DNA of 64,000 nucleotides, from assembly GCA_039802605.1 (NCBI GenBank), contig JBDRWW010000004.1, forward strand, positions 56,566 through 120,565, given 5' to 3'. This DNA comes from a candidate division WOR-3 bacterium. GTDB taxonomy: Bacteria > Hydrothermota > Hydrothermia > LBFQ01. The notes beneath the pieces were generated by a model that searched no databases, was not told the origin of the DNA, and saw only the letters and a program-made list of their open reading frames with translations. This document shows positions 21,507 through 32,144 of the stretch, in pieces. Position numbers and translations under genes: made by a program. The number at the start of each line of letters is the position of its first letter. Position 1 is the stretch's first letter.

Positions 21507-21745
21507 TCATACCGTGTAACAAGTACCTCTTCCGTTTATGTGCTTTTGAACCATTTTCCCTATCCTTTCCCAAACCCTTAATCTCCCCCAATACTTTACC
21601 TGACGCTAAGCCCTTTGAAATAAACAAAGCTTTCAAGGCCCCCAAAGCGCCGAGATAAGCAAAGTCAATATAACGGCCAACCCTTTTATCAATCCCAGCC
21701 TTTTTTAACCTTTCCTCGGGTGTTAATGCCTTTATTTTAAGGTTG
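21507..21745 (-). pseudogene. Internally deleted tandem paralog of the adjacent DUF5618-like gene
   Basis: Colinear fragments LTPEERL / KKAGIDKRVGRYIDF / AYLGALGALKALF / GKDRE / MVQKHINGRG; start codon lost. Confidence 0.8.
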
Positions 21746-22222
21746 CTTAGCCCTTACCGTTTATGTGTCTTTCAACTATTTTTATGATTTTCTCAACGCT
21801 TTCAAAACCCGCATCTATCGCTTTTTTGTTTTGCAACTCCCTATAATAACCTCCGAGGTGTAGAATAACATATACACTGTCAAAAAGCTTGAGCAAAACA
21901 TCCCTATCCTTACCTATCTTAGCGGTCTTTGAAAGGTAATAGGCATACATATCTATCTTTTTTAACTTGTTTTTGATTTCCTTAGCCGTTATTAATCCCT
22001 CCCATAAAAACAAGGCCTTCAAGGCTTCAAGTGCCGATAAATACGCCGTTCCCGAAGCCTCGGAAACATACTTTAAATCTTCATAGACACCAGCCCCTTT
22101 ATCAATGGGCGATTTCTTCAAAACCTCCTTTGCATTCTTTAAATACCTCTTTGCCAACTCTAACCTTTCCTCAGGTGTTAAAGGCGTTTTTGTTTTAGGC
22201 ATAAACCTTTATTTTAAGGTTG
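21729..22222 (-). repeat. 17-bp identical direct repeat carrying the promoter (CAACCTTAAAATAAAGG) at 21729-21745 and 22206-22222
   Basis: cctttattttaaggttg present at both sites. Confidence 0.85.
21747..22202 (-). CDS. DUF5618-like (HEPN/PaREP1-like helical) protein
   Basis: AKRYLKNAKEVL, YEDLKYVSEASGTAY, FDSVYVILHLGGYY, GFESVEKII. Confidence 0.65.
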   Translation of the reverse strand: MPKTKTPLTPEERLELAKRYLKNAKEVLKKSPIDKGAGVYEDLKYVSEASGTAYLSALEALKALFLWEGLITAKEIKNKLKKIDMYAYYLSKTAKIGKDRDVLLKLFDSVYVILHLGGYYRELQNKKAIDAGFESVEKIIKIVERHINGKG

Positions 22223-22224
22223 TC

Positions 22225-22950
22225 TTAATACTTTACCCATAAAAGGTACAGCGCATAAGGGGGTAAAGGGGTGAGATCTTTTATTTTTTTGCCGGTATTT
22301 AAGGACATTTTAATATCCCCTTCCGTAATTTTTCCCTCCGCAAGCATCAAAACCGCACCGGCCATAAACCTAACCATTTTCCTTAAAAACCTATCCCCTT
22401 CAACCTCAAAATAAAAAAAGTTTTCCACCCTTGAAAGCGATATATCGTAAATCGTACAAACCTTATTATCCCTTTCATCCGACGAAAACCCTTCAAAATT
22501 GTGTTTTCCTATAAAAACTTTTAAGGATTTCCCAATTTCTTCAACGGATAAATCGCAATCTATGGAGTAAACCCTATTTCTCAAAAGGGGGTCATATCCC
22601 CTTAAAAACACATACCTATAGACCTTTGATTTTGCCGAAAACCTTGCGTGGAAACCCTCATTAACCGTTTCAACACTTTTAACATAGATATCATCAGGTA
22701 GCAGTTTGTTGAGTTTGTACTTCAATTCTTCAACCCTAACCCTTAAACGACCGGTAATTTTAACATTTACAACATAATTTAATGCGTGTACTCCGGCATC
22801 CGTTCTCCCACAACCTATAACTTTAAAATCCCCATCTACAAAGTTTTTTAATGCCTTTATTAGCTCTCCGGCAACCGTCCTTTTATTCGGTTGAACCTGC
22901 CAACCGTAAAAATTTGTACCGTCAAAGCTTAAAATTAATTTAACATTCAT
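22225..22950 (-). CDS. truA: tRNA pseudouridine(38-40) synthase
   Basis: FDGTNFYGWQVQ, GRTDAGVHA, FHARFSA, FLRKMVR. Confidence 0.95.
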   Translation of the reverse strand: MNVKLILSFDGTNFYGWQVQPNKRTVAGELIKALKNFVDGDFKVIGCGRTDAGVHALNYVVNVKITGRLRVRVEELKYKLNKLLPDDIYVKSVETVNEGFHARFSAKSKVYRYVFLRGYDPLLRNRVYSIDCDLSVEEIGKSLKVFIGKHNFEGFSSDERDNKVCTIYDISLSRVENFFYFEVEGDRFLRKMVRFMAGAVLMLAEGKITEGDIKMSLNTGKKIKDLTPLPPYALYLLWVKY

Positions 22951-23516
22951 ACCTCAAAGAAAATATCCGAAAACGCAAGGGCAAACGATGCGTAAAAAAC
23001 CCCCATAACTACTATCAATCCGAGGAAAACAAAGGGATTTTCCGAAGATAAAAACCCGTAAATTCCCAAAAGCAAAGGTATGAGTATAACCATTGAGAAA
23101 AATTCCATATTAACCCTTGCCATTTCCCCTATAATGAAAACAATGGTTGTTAGCATTGTTGAAGAAAGCGTCCATATTGCCACACCTATAACCTCCTTAA
23201 ATCCAAAAAAATTGTAAATCAAAAAGGATAAAAGTAGGATTAAGAAGTTTGCCAAAGATGAAACCACTAAAACGAACGAGTAAGGGAAAAATATCCCCCC
23301 TACCCTTCCATATCTCAAAATTATCCTATTTATGGCCATATCCTCCCAAAACGCCCTAATGGTATTTGACGATGCGAATAATGTGGCAAAAAAGGAAGAG
23401 ACCGTAAAACTTAACGGAAAATCGTATCCAATCAAAGACATAAATATTAACACACTCAAACCTAAAACGGTTGGTTGAAAAATCCCCCTCCTACCTTTAA
23501 ACAAAAAGGATATCAA
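22947..23516 (-). CDS. Membrane protein, possibly divergent CcmB/ABC-2 permease-like
   Basis: About 6 TM segments; weak resemblance only. Confidence 0.45.
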   Translation of the reverse strand: MISFLFKGRRGIFQPTVLGLSVLIFMSLIGYDFPLSFTVSSFFATLFASSNTIRAFWEDMAINRIILRYGRVGGIFFPYSFVLVVSSLANFLILLLSFLIYNFFGFKEVIGVAIWTLSSTMLTTIVFIIGEMARVNMEFFSMVILIPLLLGIYGFLSSENPFVFLGLIVVMGVFYASFALAFSDIFFEV

Positions 23517-25624
23517 GATTGATTGCCCTTTAACTTACCTATGCCCCCTATCAGGGCCTGCTTTCTTGAAACCTTTGCCCTTCCCATTTCATCAATATCT
23601 ATAACCTTTACCAAAAGTTTGTCCCCTACCTTTACAACTTTGCTCAAATCCTTAACGGGATTAACATCAAACTCGGATATGTGTAATAAGGCCTCTTTTT
23701 TACCTATTCTAACAAACACACCGTACTTTTCAATTCTATAAACCTCTCCCATATAAACCTTTCCAACTTCAAGGTCTTGGGCTATTTCGTTTATCATCTG
23801 CTTGGCCTTTTCAACATCCTCCCATTTTTCCCCATAAACAAAAACCTTACCGGTCTTATCGTCTATGGTTATTTTGGTATTTGTTTCGTTTATTATTGGT
23901 TTTATGTTCTTTCCGCCCGGACCTATGATTTCACCTATCTTGTTTATCGGAACGGTGAAAGTTATAACTTTGGGTGCGTATTTAGAGATTTCACTTCTCG
24001 GCTTTTCTATAACCTTATACATAAAATCCAAAATTTCCAGTCTGGCCTCTTTTGCCCTTTCAAGGGCATCCTTTATAATCTTAGGTGTTAAACCGTCTAT
24101 CTTTATGTCCAATTGTATTGCGGTTATTCCCTTATCCGTCCCGGCAACCTTAAAGTCCATATCTCCGAAGAAATCCTCCATCCCCTGTATATCGGTTAAT
24201 AATTTATAATTCTCACCGGATGTTATTAGGCCTATGGATATTCCCGCAACATGCTTTTTTATCGGGACACCCGCATCCATAAGGGATAAAGATCCACCGC
24301 ATACACTCGCCATTGATGTTGAACCATTCGAAGATAATATATCCGAAACTACCCGAATGGTATATGGAAATTCATTCTCTTCGGGTATTAGGGGTTCTAA
24401 TGCCTTTTCCGCCAAATTCCCATGCCCTATTTCCCTCCTTGAAGGACCCCTAAGGGGTTTAACCTCTCCCGTGGACATAGGGGGAAAGTTGTAGTGCAAC
24501 ATAAACCTTTTTATCTCTTCTATATCCAATTCGGTCATTATTTGAACATCCTCTTTTGTTCCCAAGGTTGTTGAAACCATTGCAACGGTTTCACCCCTCC
24601 CAAAGATTGCGCTTCCGTGTACCCTCGGCAAGAATCCCACTTCCGCAAATAGCGGTCTTATATCCTTCAAGCCCCTGCCATCAATCCTTTTATCGTTTTC
24701 AAGTATATATTTCCTCATCACCTCGGCTTCATAATTGTAAAGTATATCGCCTATTTCAACTTCACTGTTGGGATATTTTTCGGAAAGTTGGGAAATTATC
24801 TCCTCTTTTAATTTATCAAGGGCTTCGTTCCTCTCCCCTTTAACAGGGGTTAATAACGCCTCCAAAACCCTATCCTTTGCGAGATTTATAACATCCTCGT
24901 ACAAACCCTCGGGATAGGTTAGTTTTGTCGGTTCAAACTTTTCCTTCCCGTACTTATCCCTTATTTCCTCTTGCAAGTTTATTATAAGTTCAATATAAGG
25001 GGCTGCAAAATCCAAGGCGTCCAAAATTAAATTTTCGGATATTTCTCTTCCCCCGAACTCTATCATATGGAACTTCCCGGGTGTTCCGGCTACGAGGAGG
25101 TCAAAACCCCCTTCTTGCACCTCCTTATTTGTGGGAAATGCTATGAATTTCCCATCCTTGTACCCCACCCTTAACACCCCTATGGGTCCGTTAAAGGGAA
25201 TTTCGGAGATTGTTAAGGCCGCACTCGCCGCTATCGCCCCGAGGAAATTCCCCTCGAACTCCATATCGTACGATATCAAGAAAACCTCTAACTCCACATC
25301 GTCTATCATCCCCTTGGGGAAAAGCGGCCTTAAAGACCTATCAATAGCCCTTCCGTAGATAATCTCCTTTTCCCTCGGTTTTCCCTCCCTCTTAAAGAAA
25401 CTACCGGGTATTTTTCCGGCCGCAAAGGCCTCTTCCCTATATTCAACAAGTAGTGGCAAAAAGTCCCTTTTGTTTTTGGGATCGGCTTTTTTATAAGTTG
25501 CGGCTGCCAAAACCACCGTCTCGCCGATGCCAACCATCACCGCCCCGGCCGCCTGTTTAACCCACTTATCAACTACCGTTATAGTTAATTTTCTACCGCC
25601 TATATCTAAGGTGTATTTATCCAT
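23513..25624 (-). CDS. pnp: Polyribonucleotide nucleotidyltransferase
   Basis: Two RNase PH domains (GKIPGSFFKREG, RREIGHG, SNGSTSMAS, GDMDFKVAG), KH and S1 domains. Confidence 0.97.
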   Translation of the reverse strand: MDKYTLDIGGRKLTITVVDKWVKQAAGAVMVGIGETVVLAAATYKKADPKNKRDFLPLLVEYREEAFAAGKIPGSFFKREGKPREKEIIYGRAIDRSLRPLFPKGMIDDVELEVFLISYDMEFEGNFLGAIAASAALTISEIPFNGPIGVLRVGYKDGKFIAFPTNKEVQEGGFDLLVAGTPGKFHMIEFGGREISENLILDALDFAAPYIELIINLQEEIRDKYGKEKFEPTKLTYPEGLYEDVINLAKDRVLEALLTPVKGERNEALDKLKEEIISQLSEKYPNSEVEIGDILYNYEAEVMRKYILENDKRIDGRGLKDIRPLFAEVGFLPRVHGSAIFGRGETVAMVSTTLGTKEDVQIMTELDIEEIKRFMLHYNFPPMSTGEVKPLRGPSRREIGHGNLAEKALEPLIPEENEFPYTIRVVSDILSSNGSTSMASVCGGSLSLMDAGVPIKKHVAGISIGLITSGENYKLLTDIQGMEDFFGDMDFKVAGTDKGITAIQLDIKIDGLTPKIIKDALERAKEARLEILDFMYKVIEKPRSEISKYAPKVITFTVPINKIGEIIGPGGKNIKPIINETNTKITIDDKTGKVFVYGEKWEDVEKAKQMINEIAQDLEVGKVYMGEVYRIEKYGVFVRIGKKEALLHISEFDVNPVKDLSKVVKVGDKLLVKVIDIDEMGRAKVSRKQALIGGIGKLKGNQS

Positions 25625-25627
25625 AAC

Positions 25628-25897
25628 TTATTTAACATCCCTGAGACCCAGTTCCTTTATAACCTGAACATACCTCCTATAATCCGTGCGCTTCAAATAC
25701 CTCATAAGTTTCTTCCTCTTCTCCACCAGTTTTAAAAGCCCATACCTTGAATGCACATCCTTTTTGTGCCTCTTAACATGCTCGGTTAGGTGGTTTATCC
25801 TCTGGGTTAATAATGCTATTTGCACCTCCGGGGATCCCGTATCCTTTTCGTGCCTCATAAACTTTCCTGCTACCATTTTCTTTTCTTCCCTTAGCAT
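25628..25897 (-). CDS. rpsO: 30S ribosomal protein S15
   Basis: [24 protein letters not shown]. Confidence 0.97.
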   Translation of the reverse strand: MLREEKKMVAGKFMRHEKDTGSPEVQIALLTQRINHLTEHVKRHKKDVHSRYGLLKLVEKRKKLMRYLKRTDYRRYVQVIKELGLRDVK

Positions 25898-25905
25898 AAG
25901 CGGTT

Positions 25906-25957
25906 ATTATAAACCCGAAAAGGAATTCCAACAGGGGAAACCTTTCAACTTTAAAAT
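25906..25957. promoter_or_regulatory. Divergent -10 boxes (rpsO / yebC)
   Basis: Minus TATAAT 25911-25906 (8 nt to ATG); plus tcaactt-TAAAAT 25952-25957 (7 nt to ATG). Confidence 0.65.
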
Positions 25958-25964
25958 ATTCACA

Positions 25965-26711
25965 ATGGCAGGGCATAGCAAGTGGGCTCAGATAAAACAC
26001 AAAAAGGCTAAGATGGATGCAAAGAGGAGTAAAATTTTTAACAAGTTGATCAGGGAAATTCAGGTTGCCGCAAGGCTTGGGGGAGGAGATCCGGATTTGA
26101 ATCCTAGGTTAAGGTTGGCCATAGAAAAGGCCAAAGAGGCCAATATGCCCTGGGAAAATATAGAGAGGGCTATAAAGAGGGGAACGGGTGAGCTTGAAGG
26201 TACCCAATATGAAGATGTAATTTACGAGGGTTATGGACCGGGTGGTGTTGCCTTTATGATAAAGGTTTTAACCGATAACAGGAACAGAACAACGAGTGAA
26301 ATTAGGCATATATTTTCAAAGTTTGGGGGTCATTTGGCAAGCCCTGGAAGCGTTGCATGGCAGTTTGTGGAAAAAGGGGTTATATATGTTGATGGCAATG
26401 TTGAGGAGGATAAAATCCTTGAAGTTGCTTTGGAAGGTGGAGCAGAAGATGTTAAAAGGGAAGGGGATACATGGGTTATATACACATCCACAGAAAACTT
26501 TTCCGCGGTTAAAGAAAGTATAACGAAAAGTGGAATACCCATAAGTAATGCCCATATAACGATGATGCCCCAAAATACGGTTAGGGTTGAAGGGAAGAAT
26601 GCGGAAACCATAATAAAACTCTTCCAGTCGTTGGAGGAGCACGACGATGTTCAGGAGGTTTATTCAAACTTTGATATACCCGAAGAGATATTGGAAAAGA
26701 TGGAAGTATAA
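25965..26711 (+). CDS. yebC: YebC/PmpR family protein
   Basis: [38 protein letters not shown]; start moved to 25965. Confidence 0.95.
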   Translation: MAGHSKWAQIKHKKAKMDAKRSKIFNKLIREIQVAARLGGGDPDLNPRLRLAIEKAKEANMPWENIERAIKRGTGELEGTQYEDVIYEGYGPGGVAFMIKVLTDNRNRTTSEIRHIFSKFGGHLASPGSVAWQFVEKGVIYVDGNVEEDKILEVALEGGAEDVKREGDTWVIYTSTENFSAVKESITKSGIPISNAHITMMPQNTVRVEGKNAETIIKLFQSLEEHDDVQEVYSNFDIPEEILEKMEV

Positions 26712-27154
26712 TGAGGGTTATGGGTTTAGACCCGTCGCTTAGGGCTACCGGGTGGATAGTGATAGATACGGATGGGTTAAAGGCTTTGGGTTGGGGTATT
26801 ATAAAAACGAAGGGGAACTTAAAGGGGAGCCTTGTAAAGATAAGGGATAATTTAAGGGATATTATTAAAGAGTTCTCGCCGGACAAAGCGGTTATGGAGG
26901 CTATAATATATCACAGAAATCCAAAAGTGGCTATAATGCTCGGTGCGGTTAGGGGCGTTATCCTTTTAACATTGGAAGATTTGGGTATTGAAGTTATAGA
27001 ATTACAACCCACAAAGATAAAACTGGGAACCACAAGGTATGGATTGGCCAGTAAAGAACAGGTGGCAAATGTGCTAAGAAATGTTTTTTCATTGCCCGAG
27101 GTGGAGGACCACATAACTGATGCCCTTGCCGCGGCATATTACCTTGTAAGGTGA
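26711..27154 (+). CDS. ruvC: Holliday junction resolvase
   Basis: GLDPSLRATGW, GLASKEQV, DHITDALAAA. Confidence 0.92.
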   Translation: MRVMGLDPSLRATGWIVIDTDGLKALGWGIIKTKGNLKGSLVKIRDNLRDIIKEFSPDKAVMEAIIYHRNPKVAIMLGAVRGVILLTLEDLGIEVIELQPTKIKLGTTRYGLASKEQVANVLRNVFSLPEVEDHITDALAAAYYLVR

Positions 27155-27157
27155 GAA

Positions 27158-27736
27158 ATGATAAGGGGTTTAAGGGGTAAAGTTTTTAAAGTTTTGCAGG
27201 ATTCATTTTTGATAGACACACCCGGAGGTGTTATATACCAGATAAAAGCCCCCTACCCTTACCTTTCAAGGATATCCGAGGGTGATGAGGTTTTGGTACA
27301 TATATATACGAATTTTTCGCAAAACGGCATAGAGTTGTATGGGTTTGAAAACGAGGAACAATTAAAAGTTTTTCAGATTCTCCTTGAAATTCCCGGTATA
27401 GGTCCGGCTATGGCGCTCAGAATACTGTCGGATATATCAATAAAAGATCTGTTTGAAGCCGTTAAAACCGGTAATGTCAATGTTCTTAAAAGGGTTAGGG
27501 GTCTTGGAACAAAAAAGGCGGAGATAATAGTTTTTGCGTTAAGGGATGTAATGTGGGATGAGGGGTTTGAAGGGCAGGAGAACGAAGCCATTTCCGAATC
27601 ATTGCAGGCACTCGTGTCCCTAGGCTTGGATTATACCCTTGCAAAGAAATTGGTATCGGAAGCCGTGAAAAGTGGGGCAAAGACTTCGGAAGAAATGATT
27701 AAGTTTGCCCTTCAAAGGAAAAGCGAGCATTTTTAA
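27158..27736 (+). CDS. ruvA: Holliday junction branch migration protein
   Basis: LYGF, IPGIGPAMAL, VRGLGTKKAEII, ALVSLG. Confidence 0.93.
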   Translation: MIRGLRGKVFKVLQDSFLIDTPGGVIYQIKAPYPYLSRISEGDEVLVHIYTNFSQNGIELYGFENEEQLKVFQILLEIPGIGPAMALRILSDISIKDLFEAVKTGNVNVLKRVRGLGTKKAEIIVFALRDVMWDEGFEGQENEAISESLQALVSLGLDYTLAKKLVSEAVKSGAKTSEEMIKFALQRKSEHF

Positions 27737-27777
27737 GAACCCCCAAATGTGGTAAAACCACATTATAATATATTCTT

Positions 27778-29196
27778 ATGATAGCCATAATAATTGCGCA
27801 AAGCTGCATAAACATTTATGGGATTAATAGGTTGACTAACTATTCGGGCCACGACTATTGGGGGTCTGATGGCTACTTAATATCGTCTAGTTTCTTCAAC
27901 GAGAGGACACCCCAAAGCCTGTATATAGTGGGTGATACGGTGCATATCTTATGGGTAAGGCAAGGTGGAGGGAATAGGTATAACAGGTCAAGGGATAGGG
28001 GTGCAACATGGGATTGGTGTACGGGTTCGGACTGTCATGGCGTGCAGGTACTAAATTACGGTTGGGAATCCTCTATCGTTGCCCGATATTCAAAAGTTCA
28101 TGCAACATCGTACTGTTGGGATTGCTCTCCCTCTTCATGGGTTCCGTATAACAGGTCATTAAATAACGGAACCAGTTGGGATTATCCGTCATCCGGTCAA
28201 AATATATTTGCGGCTTCCGAGTACGGACTTGGGGCGAGAAGTTTGGATTCCCCGGCCATGGACGCTACTCAAAGTGGTGATACCGTACTGCTTGTTGTTG
28301 ATGCCTATTCCCAAGGCGTTAGGGTTAAGAGAACTTTTGATGGTGGAACCACTTGGGGCCCTTACGGGGGAATAGTCGTGGCAACGCCTTCTTATACCGG
28401 AGAAAGGCATCCACAAATGGCGTACAATAATGCCGGTAAATTTTATGTTTGTTATACGGATTTCCCCTATGTTATGGTAACATACAGTGTGGATTACGGA
28501 AGCACTTGGAGTGCCCCTTATCCCCTTGATACATTATCGGTTAATTTGGGTTATAATTCCTGTCATATATCCGCGGATGGGAATTTCGTAAGCGTTGTAT
28601 GGTTTGATATGAAAGGGAATGCTATAAATGTGTATTATAGGGAATCCGTGGATGGTGGGCTAACATGGAGGCCAAAGGTAAATATTACGGGTTTAACCTC
28701 AGTAGGTGATACCGCCGCGGGTGCAACCGTTGTAAATCACGGATATATTACATACATAACGTGGTTTGAGCGTTCTTCAAGGACCGGTGGTGACTTTGAG
28801 ATTATGGAGGTTTGCAAGCCCCATCCGGATTCCTCTTGGTATCCCGTTCAGAGGATAACATACATAGGCGGTAGGTCCTTGTGGCCTATGGTTGCGTATA
28901 ATTGGTCTGGGAGATGGGGAATAATATGTTGGCAGGATAACGCACCGGGGAACTACGAAGTTTATTGCTCGTCATTTATACCCCTACTTGGGGATACAAC
29001 CCTGGGTTATAAAGAAAATCCGTTAAAAGAAAACCCATTCACGGTAAAAGGTAATTTGTTAATCCTAAACGGGGAATATGAGGTTTTTGATGTTAATGGT
29101 AGATTAAGGGCGAAGGGGGAAGGTGGGAGTTTGATGTTGAGAAAAGGTATATACTTCATACGGATAAAGGGCAAAACATATAAAGTTAAATTATAG
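27778..29196 (+). CDS. Secreted BNR/Asp-box (sialidase-like) beta-propeller protein with T9SS-like C-terminal domain
   Basis: Asp-boxes SRDRGATW, SLNNGTSW, TFDGGTTW, SVDYGSTW, SVDGGLTW; C-terminus VFDVNGRL..LRKGIYFIRI..KVKL; TATAAT 8 nt upstream. Confidence 0.8.
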   Translation: MIAIIIAQSCINIYGINRLTNYSGHDYWGSDGYLISSSFFNERTPQSLYIVGDTVHILWVRQGGGNRYNRSRDRGATWDWCTGSDCHGVQVLNYGWESSIVARYSKVHATSYCWDCSPSSWVPYNRSLNNGTSWDYPSSGQNIFAASEYGLGARSLDSPAMDATQSGDTVLLVVDAYSQGVRVKRTFDGGTTWGPYGGIVVATPSYTGERHPQMAYNNAGKFYVCYTDFPYVMVTYSVDYGSTWSAPYPLDTLSVNLGYNSCHISADGNFVSVVWFDMKGNAINVYYRESVDGGLTWRPKVNITGLTSVGDTAAGATVVNHGYITYITWFERSSRTGGDFEIMEVCKPHPDSSWYPVQRITYIGGRSLWPMVAYNWSGRWGIICWQDNAPGNYEVYCSSFIPLLGDTTLGYKENPLKENPFTVKGNLLILNGEYEVFDVNGRLRAKGEGGSLMLRKGIYFIRIKGKTYKVKL

Positions 29197-29587
29197 AACC
29201 CACAACAAAAACCAACCCTCCCCACAAAACAAAGGAGAGTGCAAAGGGTAAAATTAAACCTTCCCTGTAAAACTCATAAGCGCACCATATAAGGGCAAAT
29301 GGAAGCATAAAAAATTGAACCAAAAGCATCACGGCAAAGAAGGGAGGACTACCTATGCCGGCTATGTTGGTTAGTATCGCAATTATTAAGGCTATATCCA
29401 AGGGTAAGAAAAGGTTTCTTTTGGGAAATCCATACTTTAAAAGCCTACCTATGAAGAAATAAATGGGAAAGAAGAGTAGTCCAAAAATCGCAAACATTAA
29501 GGCCGGAAGGAATACACTCTTGGATAAAAAGCCAAAGCTCAAAAGGTATAACGACAGAATTGCGGTAAAAACCGCCAGATATTTCAT
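29186..29587 (-). CDS. Hypothetical membrane protein
   Basis: 133 aa, mostly hydrophobic; ATGA overlap with deoC. Confidence 0.6.
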   Translation of the reverse strand: MKYLAVFTAILSLYLLSFGFLSKSVFLPALMFAIFGLLFFPIYFFIGRLLKYGFPKRNLFLPLDIALIIAILTNIAGIGSPPFFAVMLLVQFFMLPFALIWCAYEFYREGLILPFALSFVLWGGLVFVVGSII

Positions 29588-30264
29588 ATTATGTCAAATC
29601 CCCTTGATGTGCCTATTCTCGTAGCGCCCGCCTTTATCAATTTTAAAGCGAAGGTTTTATCCCTTATCCCTCCGGATGCCTTAATGCCAAGGGAACAGGA
29701 TTCTTTCATTATCAAGACATCGTATATGGTTGCTCCCCCTTTGGAAAAGCCCGTTGATGTTTTAACAAACTTCGCACCCGCATTTTCGGAAATTTTGCAG
29801 GCTATAACCTTTTCATCGTCGGTTAACAATGCGGTTTCTATGATAACCTTTACGGGAACACCGATTGAGACAACTTCCCTTATATCCTCCTCTACCCTTT
29901 TATACTCCCCACCCTTTAAAAACCCAATATGTATAACCATATCCAGTTCATCCGCGCCGTCTTTAACGCACCTTTCGCCTTCCTTAACCTTTGCGTAAGT
30001 TGTCGTAGCACCGAGGGGAAAACCCACAACGCTAACCACCTTCAAAGAATTGCCCACAATACCCTTTACCAAAGGTACAAAAGATGGATTTACACACACC
30101 CCATAAAAGCCGTAATCAAGGCTCCTTCTACAAAAATCTTCAACTTCCTTGGGTGTCGCTTCCGGTCGCAAAATCGTGTTCTCTATGTAAGGCCTTATAT
30201 CAATATCCTCGGGTGATGAGTTTTCTATTTTTTCGGCTAAGGCCTTTAACCCCTTGAAGTCCAT
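29584..30264 (-). CDS. deoC: Deoxyribose-phosphate aldolase
   Basis: VVGFPLG, GADELDMV, KVIIET, FVKTSTGF, IKASGGIR, RIGTS. Confidence 0.95.
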   Translation of the reverse strand: MDFKGLKALAEKIENSSPEDIDIRPYIENTILRPEATPKEVEDFCRRSLDYGFYGVCVNPSFVPLVKGIVGNSLKVVSVVGFPLGATTTYAKVKEGERCVKDGADELDMVIHIGFLKGGEYKRVEEDIREVVSIGVPVKVIIETALLTDDEKVIACKISENAGAKFVKTSTGFSKGGATIYDVLIMKESCSLGIKASGGIRDKTFALKLIKAGATRIGTSRGFDII

Positions 30265-32078
30265 CAGTATATATACCCCCTATAATCCTTTAAGGGCATT
30301 AGGTCTTCCAATTCGCGTTGGAGGTTTGTTATGATTTCCATAGCCTCCTGCTGCTGGTACTGGAATAACAGTTGCTGGAATCTTGCCTCAAAATCCTTTT
30401 TATCCGGTTTTATCCCGTAGTATTTTATGATGTAATAAACCCCATCACCGTAGTCATAAGGGCCACTCCATTCGTTGGGCTTTATTATTTGTAATGCCCT
30501 GTAAAAAACATCCTTGTTTGATATTCCCGGAACAAACATTGTATAACTTGAACTGTCCGCCCTTCCTATGTAAATCCCGTATTCGGAATATTGATTTCTA
30601 AGCGTATCGGGGTTTTCCCCCCTCTTCAGCTTATCTACTACTTCCTTGGCTATTTTTAAGGCCAGCTTTCTCTTTTCCGAGAGCAAATAATCCCTTTCAA
30701 CCTCTTTCTTAACATCCTCAAAATTGGGAATACCACCCTCATCCTTATCCGCCACCTGAACCACGAGGTAATACCTCGTTTTGTAAATTATCCCCGATAT
30801 ATCCCCCTTTTTTGCATTTTTTATAAAGTTTATCAAACTCCTGTCCGGACCAATAAAGGGTATGAACCCGAGGTTTAACTTGAATTTTCCGGTACTATCC
30901 ACCCTCAAACCCAACTCCTTAGCCGCCTCTTTAAAGCCTTTTTTACGCGCCAAATTGAGGAATTTCATAAGCGTATCCCTAAGGGTTTGCCTTGTTTGAT
31001 AAGATGTTTTTACCGATACAAATATATGCGCCAAATGAACGCTATCACCTTTCTCGTTTTTTCCAAGGAGCTTTACGATGTTATAACCACCGGGAACATC
31101 AAAGGGCCCCAAAACTTGTCCGGTATCCGCGTTTTCTAAGGCTAACCTAACTTCCGGTGGCAATGTATAAAGATACAACCAACCCAAATCCCCATCGTTT
31201 TTCTTAGTATTCTCATCCTCGGAATATGTTTTAACCGCTCCCTGCCAGTTTGTTTGCGCCTCTTTCTTAGCCCTCTCTATTAGATCCTTTGCCTGTAATG
31301 AATCCGCTTTTGAAGGGGCCTTTTCAAGCCTTACAACATATAGGTCTGCCGTTGGGGGTTGTTTAAACTTTTCTTTGTTTTTCTCAAAGTAGTCTTTCAA
31401 TTCGCTTTCCGAGGGCCTCTTTACCTTTTCGTCTTTTATCCTCGCATAGACGAGATTAACAAAGGAAAATCCGTACTTTGTATTTTCAAATTGAAACCTG
31501 TTCCAAAGGTATTCCTTTGGCGGCAATGGGATTTTTGATACCAACATCCTCGCCAAATCCGGAGGTATTTCATCCCTTAACCTCGCCTCATGGGCGGCGA
31601 ATATTGGGGCATACCTCTTATCGTTTAACACCTGTAAGTATAACTGATAGTTAAACCTCCCATCCCTCATAAAATTCGTATCGTTCATTAGTTCTTGTGG
31701 CGGAATAAGGGCAACCAGGGTTAATACGGCTTTATCCGACAGTTTAAGCCCGAGTTTTTCGGCGACTTTCTTCCACCTTATGTTATCCACCATTCTGAAA
31801 AATACCTCTTCCCTAATGGCTTCCTCTTCATCCGGGGATATACTTTCAACCCCCCTAACCCTTAAAGTTTCCTGTATCTCCCTCTGAACCAAGGCCTCAT
31901 AGTATTCGCTTGAAATCTTAAAATCCCCAACCTCCGCGACTATTCCCTGCTCCCAAGGTTTTACACTCCGAAAGTTTAATATATTTGCTCCAAGTTCAAA
32001 AACCAACCATGCGATAAATGCCATTGATACGATCCATATCAACCATTTAAAACTCTCGCGGAAAGTTCTTAAAGCCAT
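30264..32078 (-). CDS. PpiD/SurA-like membrane-anchored parvulin PPIase chaperone
   Basis: N-terminal TM, SurA-N-like region, YSEDENTKKNDGDLGW, VHLAHIFV. Confidence 0.8.
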   Translation of the reverse strand: MALRTFRESFKWLIWIVSMAFIAWLVFELGANILNFRSVKPWEQGIVAEVGDFKISSEYYEALVQREIQETLRVRGVESISPDEEEAIREEVFFRMVDNIRWKKVAEKLGLKLSDKAVLTLVALIPPQELMNDTNFMRDGRFNYQLYLQVLNDKRYAPIFAAHEARLRDEIPPDLARMLVSKIPLPPKEYLWNRFQFENTKYGFSFVNLVYARIKDEKVKRPSESELKDYFEKNKEKFKQPPTADLYVVRLEKAPSKADSLQAKDLIERAKKEAQTNWQGAVKTYSEDENTKKNDGDLGWLYLYTLPPEVRLALENADTGQVLGPFDVPGGYNIVKLLGKNEKGDSVHLAHIFVSVKTSYQTRQTLRDTLMKFLNLARKKGFKEAAKELGLRVDSTGKFKLNLGFIPFIGPDRSLINFIKNAKKGDISGIIYKTRYYLVVQVADKDEGGIPNFEDVKKEVERDYLLSEKRKLALKIAKEVVDKLKRGENPDTLRNQYSEYGIYIGRADSSSYTMFVPGISNKDVFYRALQIIKPNEWSGPYDYGDGVYYIIKYYGIKPDKKDFEARFQQLLFQYQQQEAMEIITNLQRELEDLMPLKDYRGYIY

Positions 32079-32086
32079 AGTTGGGA

Positions 32087-32136
32087 ATTATACCGCTGGG
32101 ATGTTTGTGAATTTAAATTTTCATCGTCTTTACAAT
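32087..32136. promoter_or_regulatory. Divergent -10 boxes (PPIase / thrS)
   Basis: Minus TATAAT 32092-32087 (8 nt to ATG); plus TACAAT 32131-32136 (8 nt to GTG). Confidence 0.6.
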
Positions 32137-32144
32137 TACAGCCC

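Noticed and set aside
25686..25964. 93-aa N-terminal extension of yebC in the ORF track
   Set aside because: It is antisense to rpsO; the family starts at MAGHSKW (25965), which has its own -10 box
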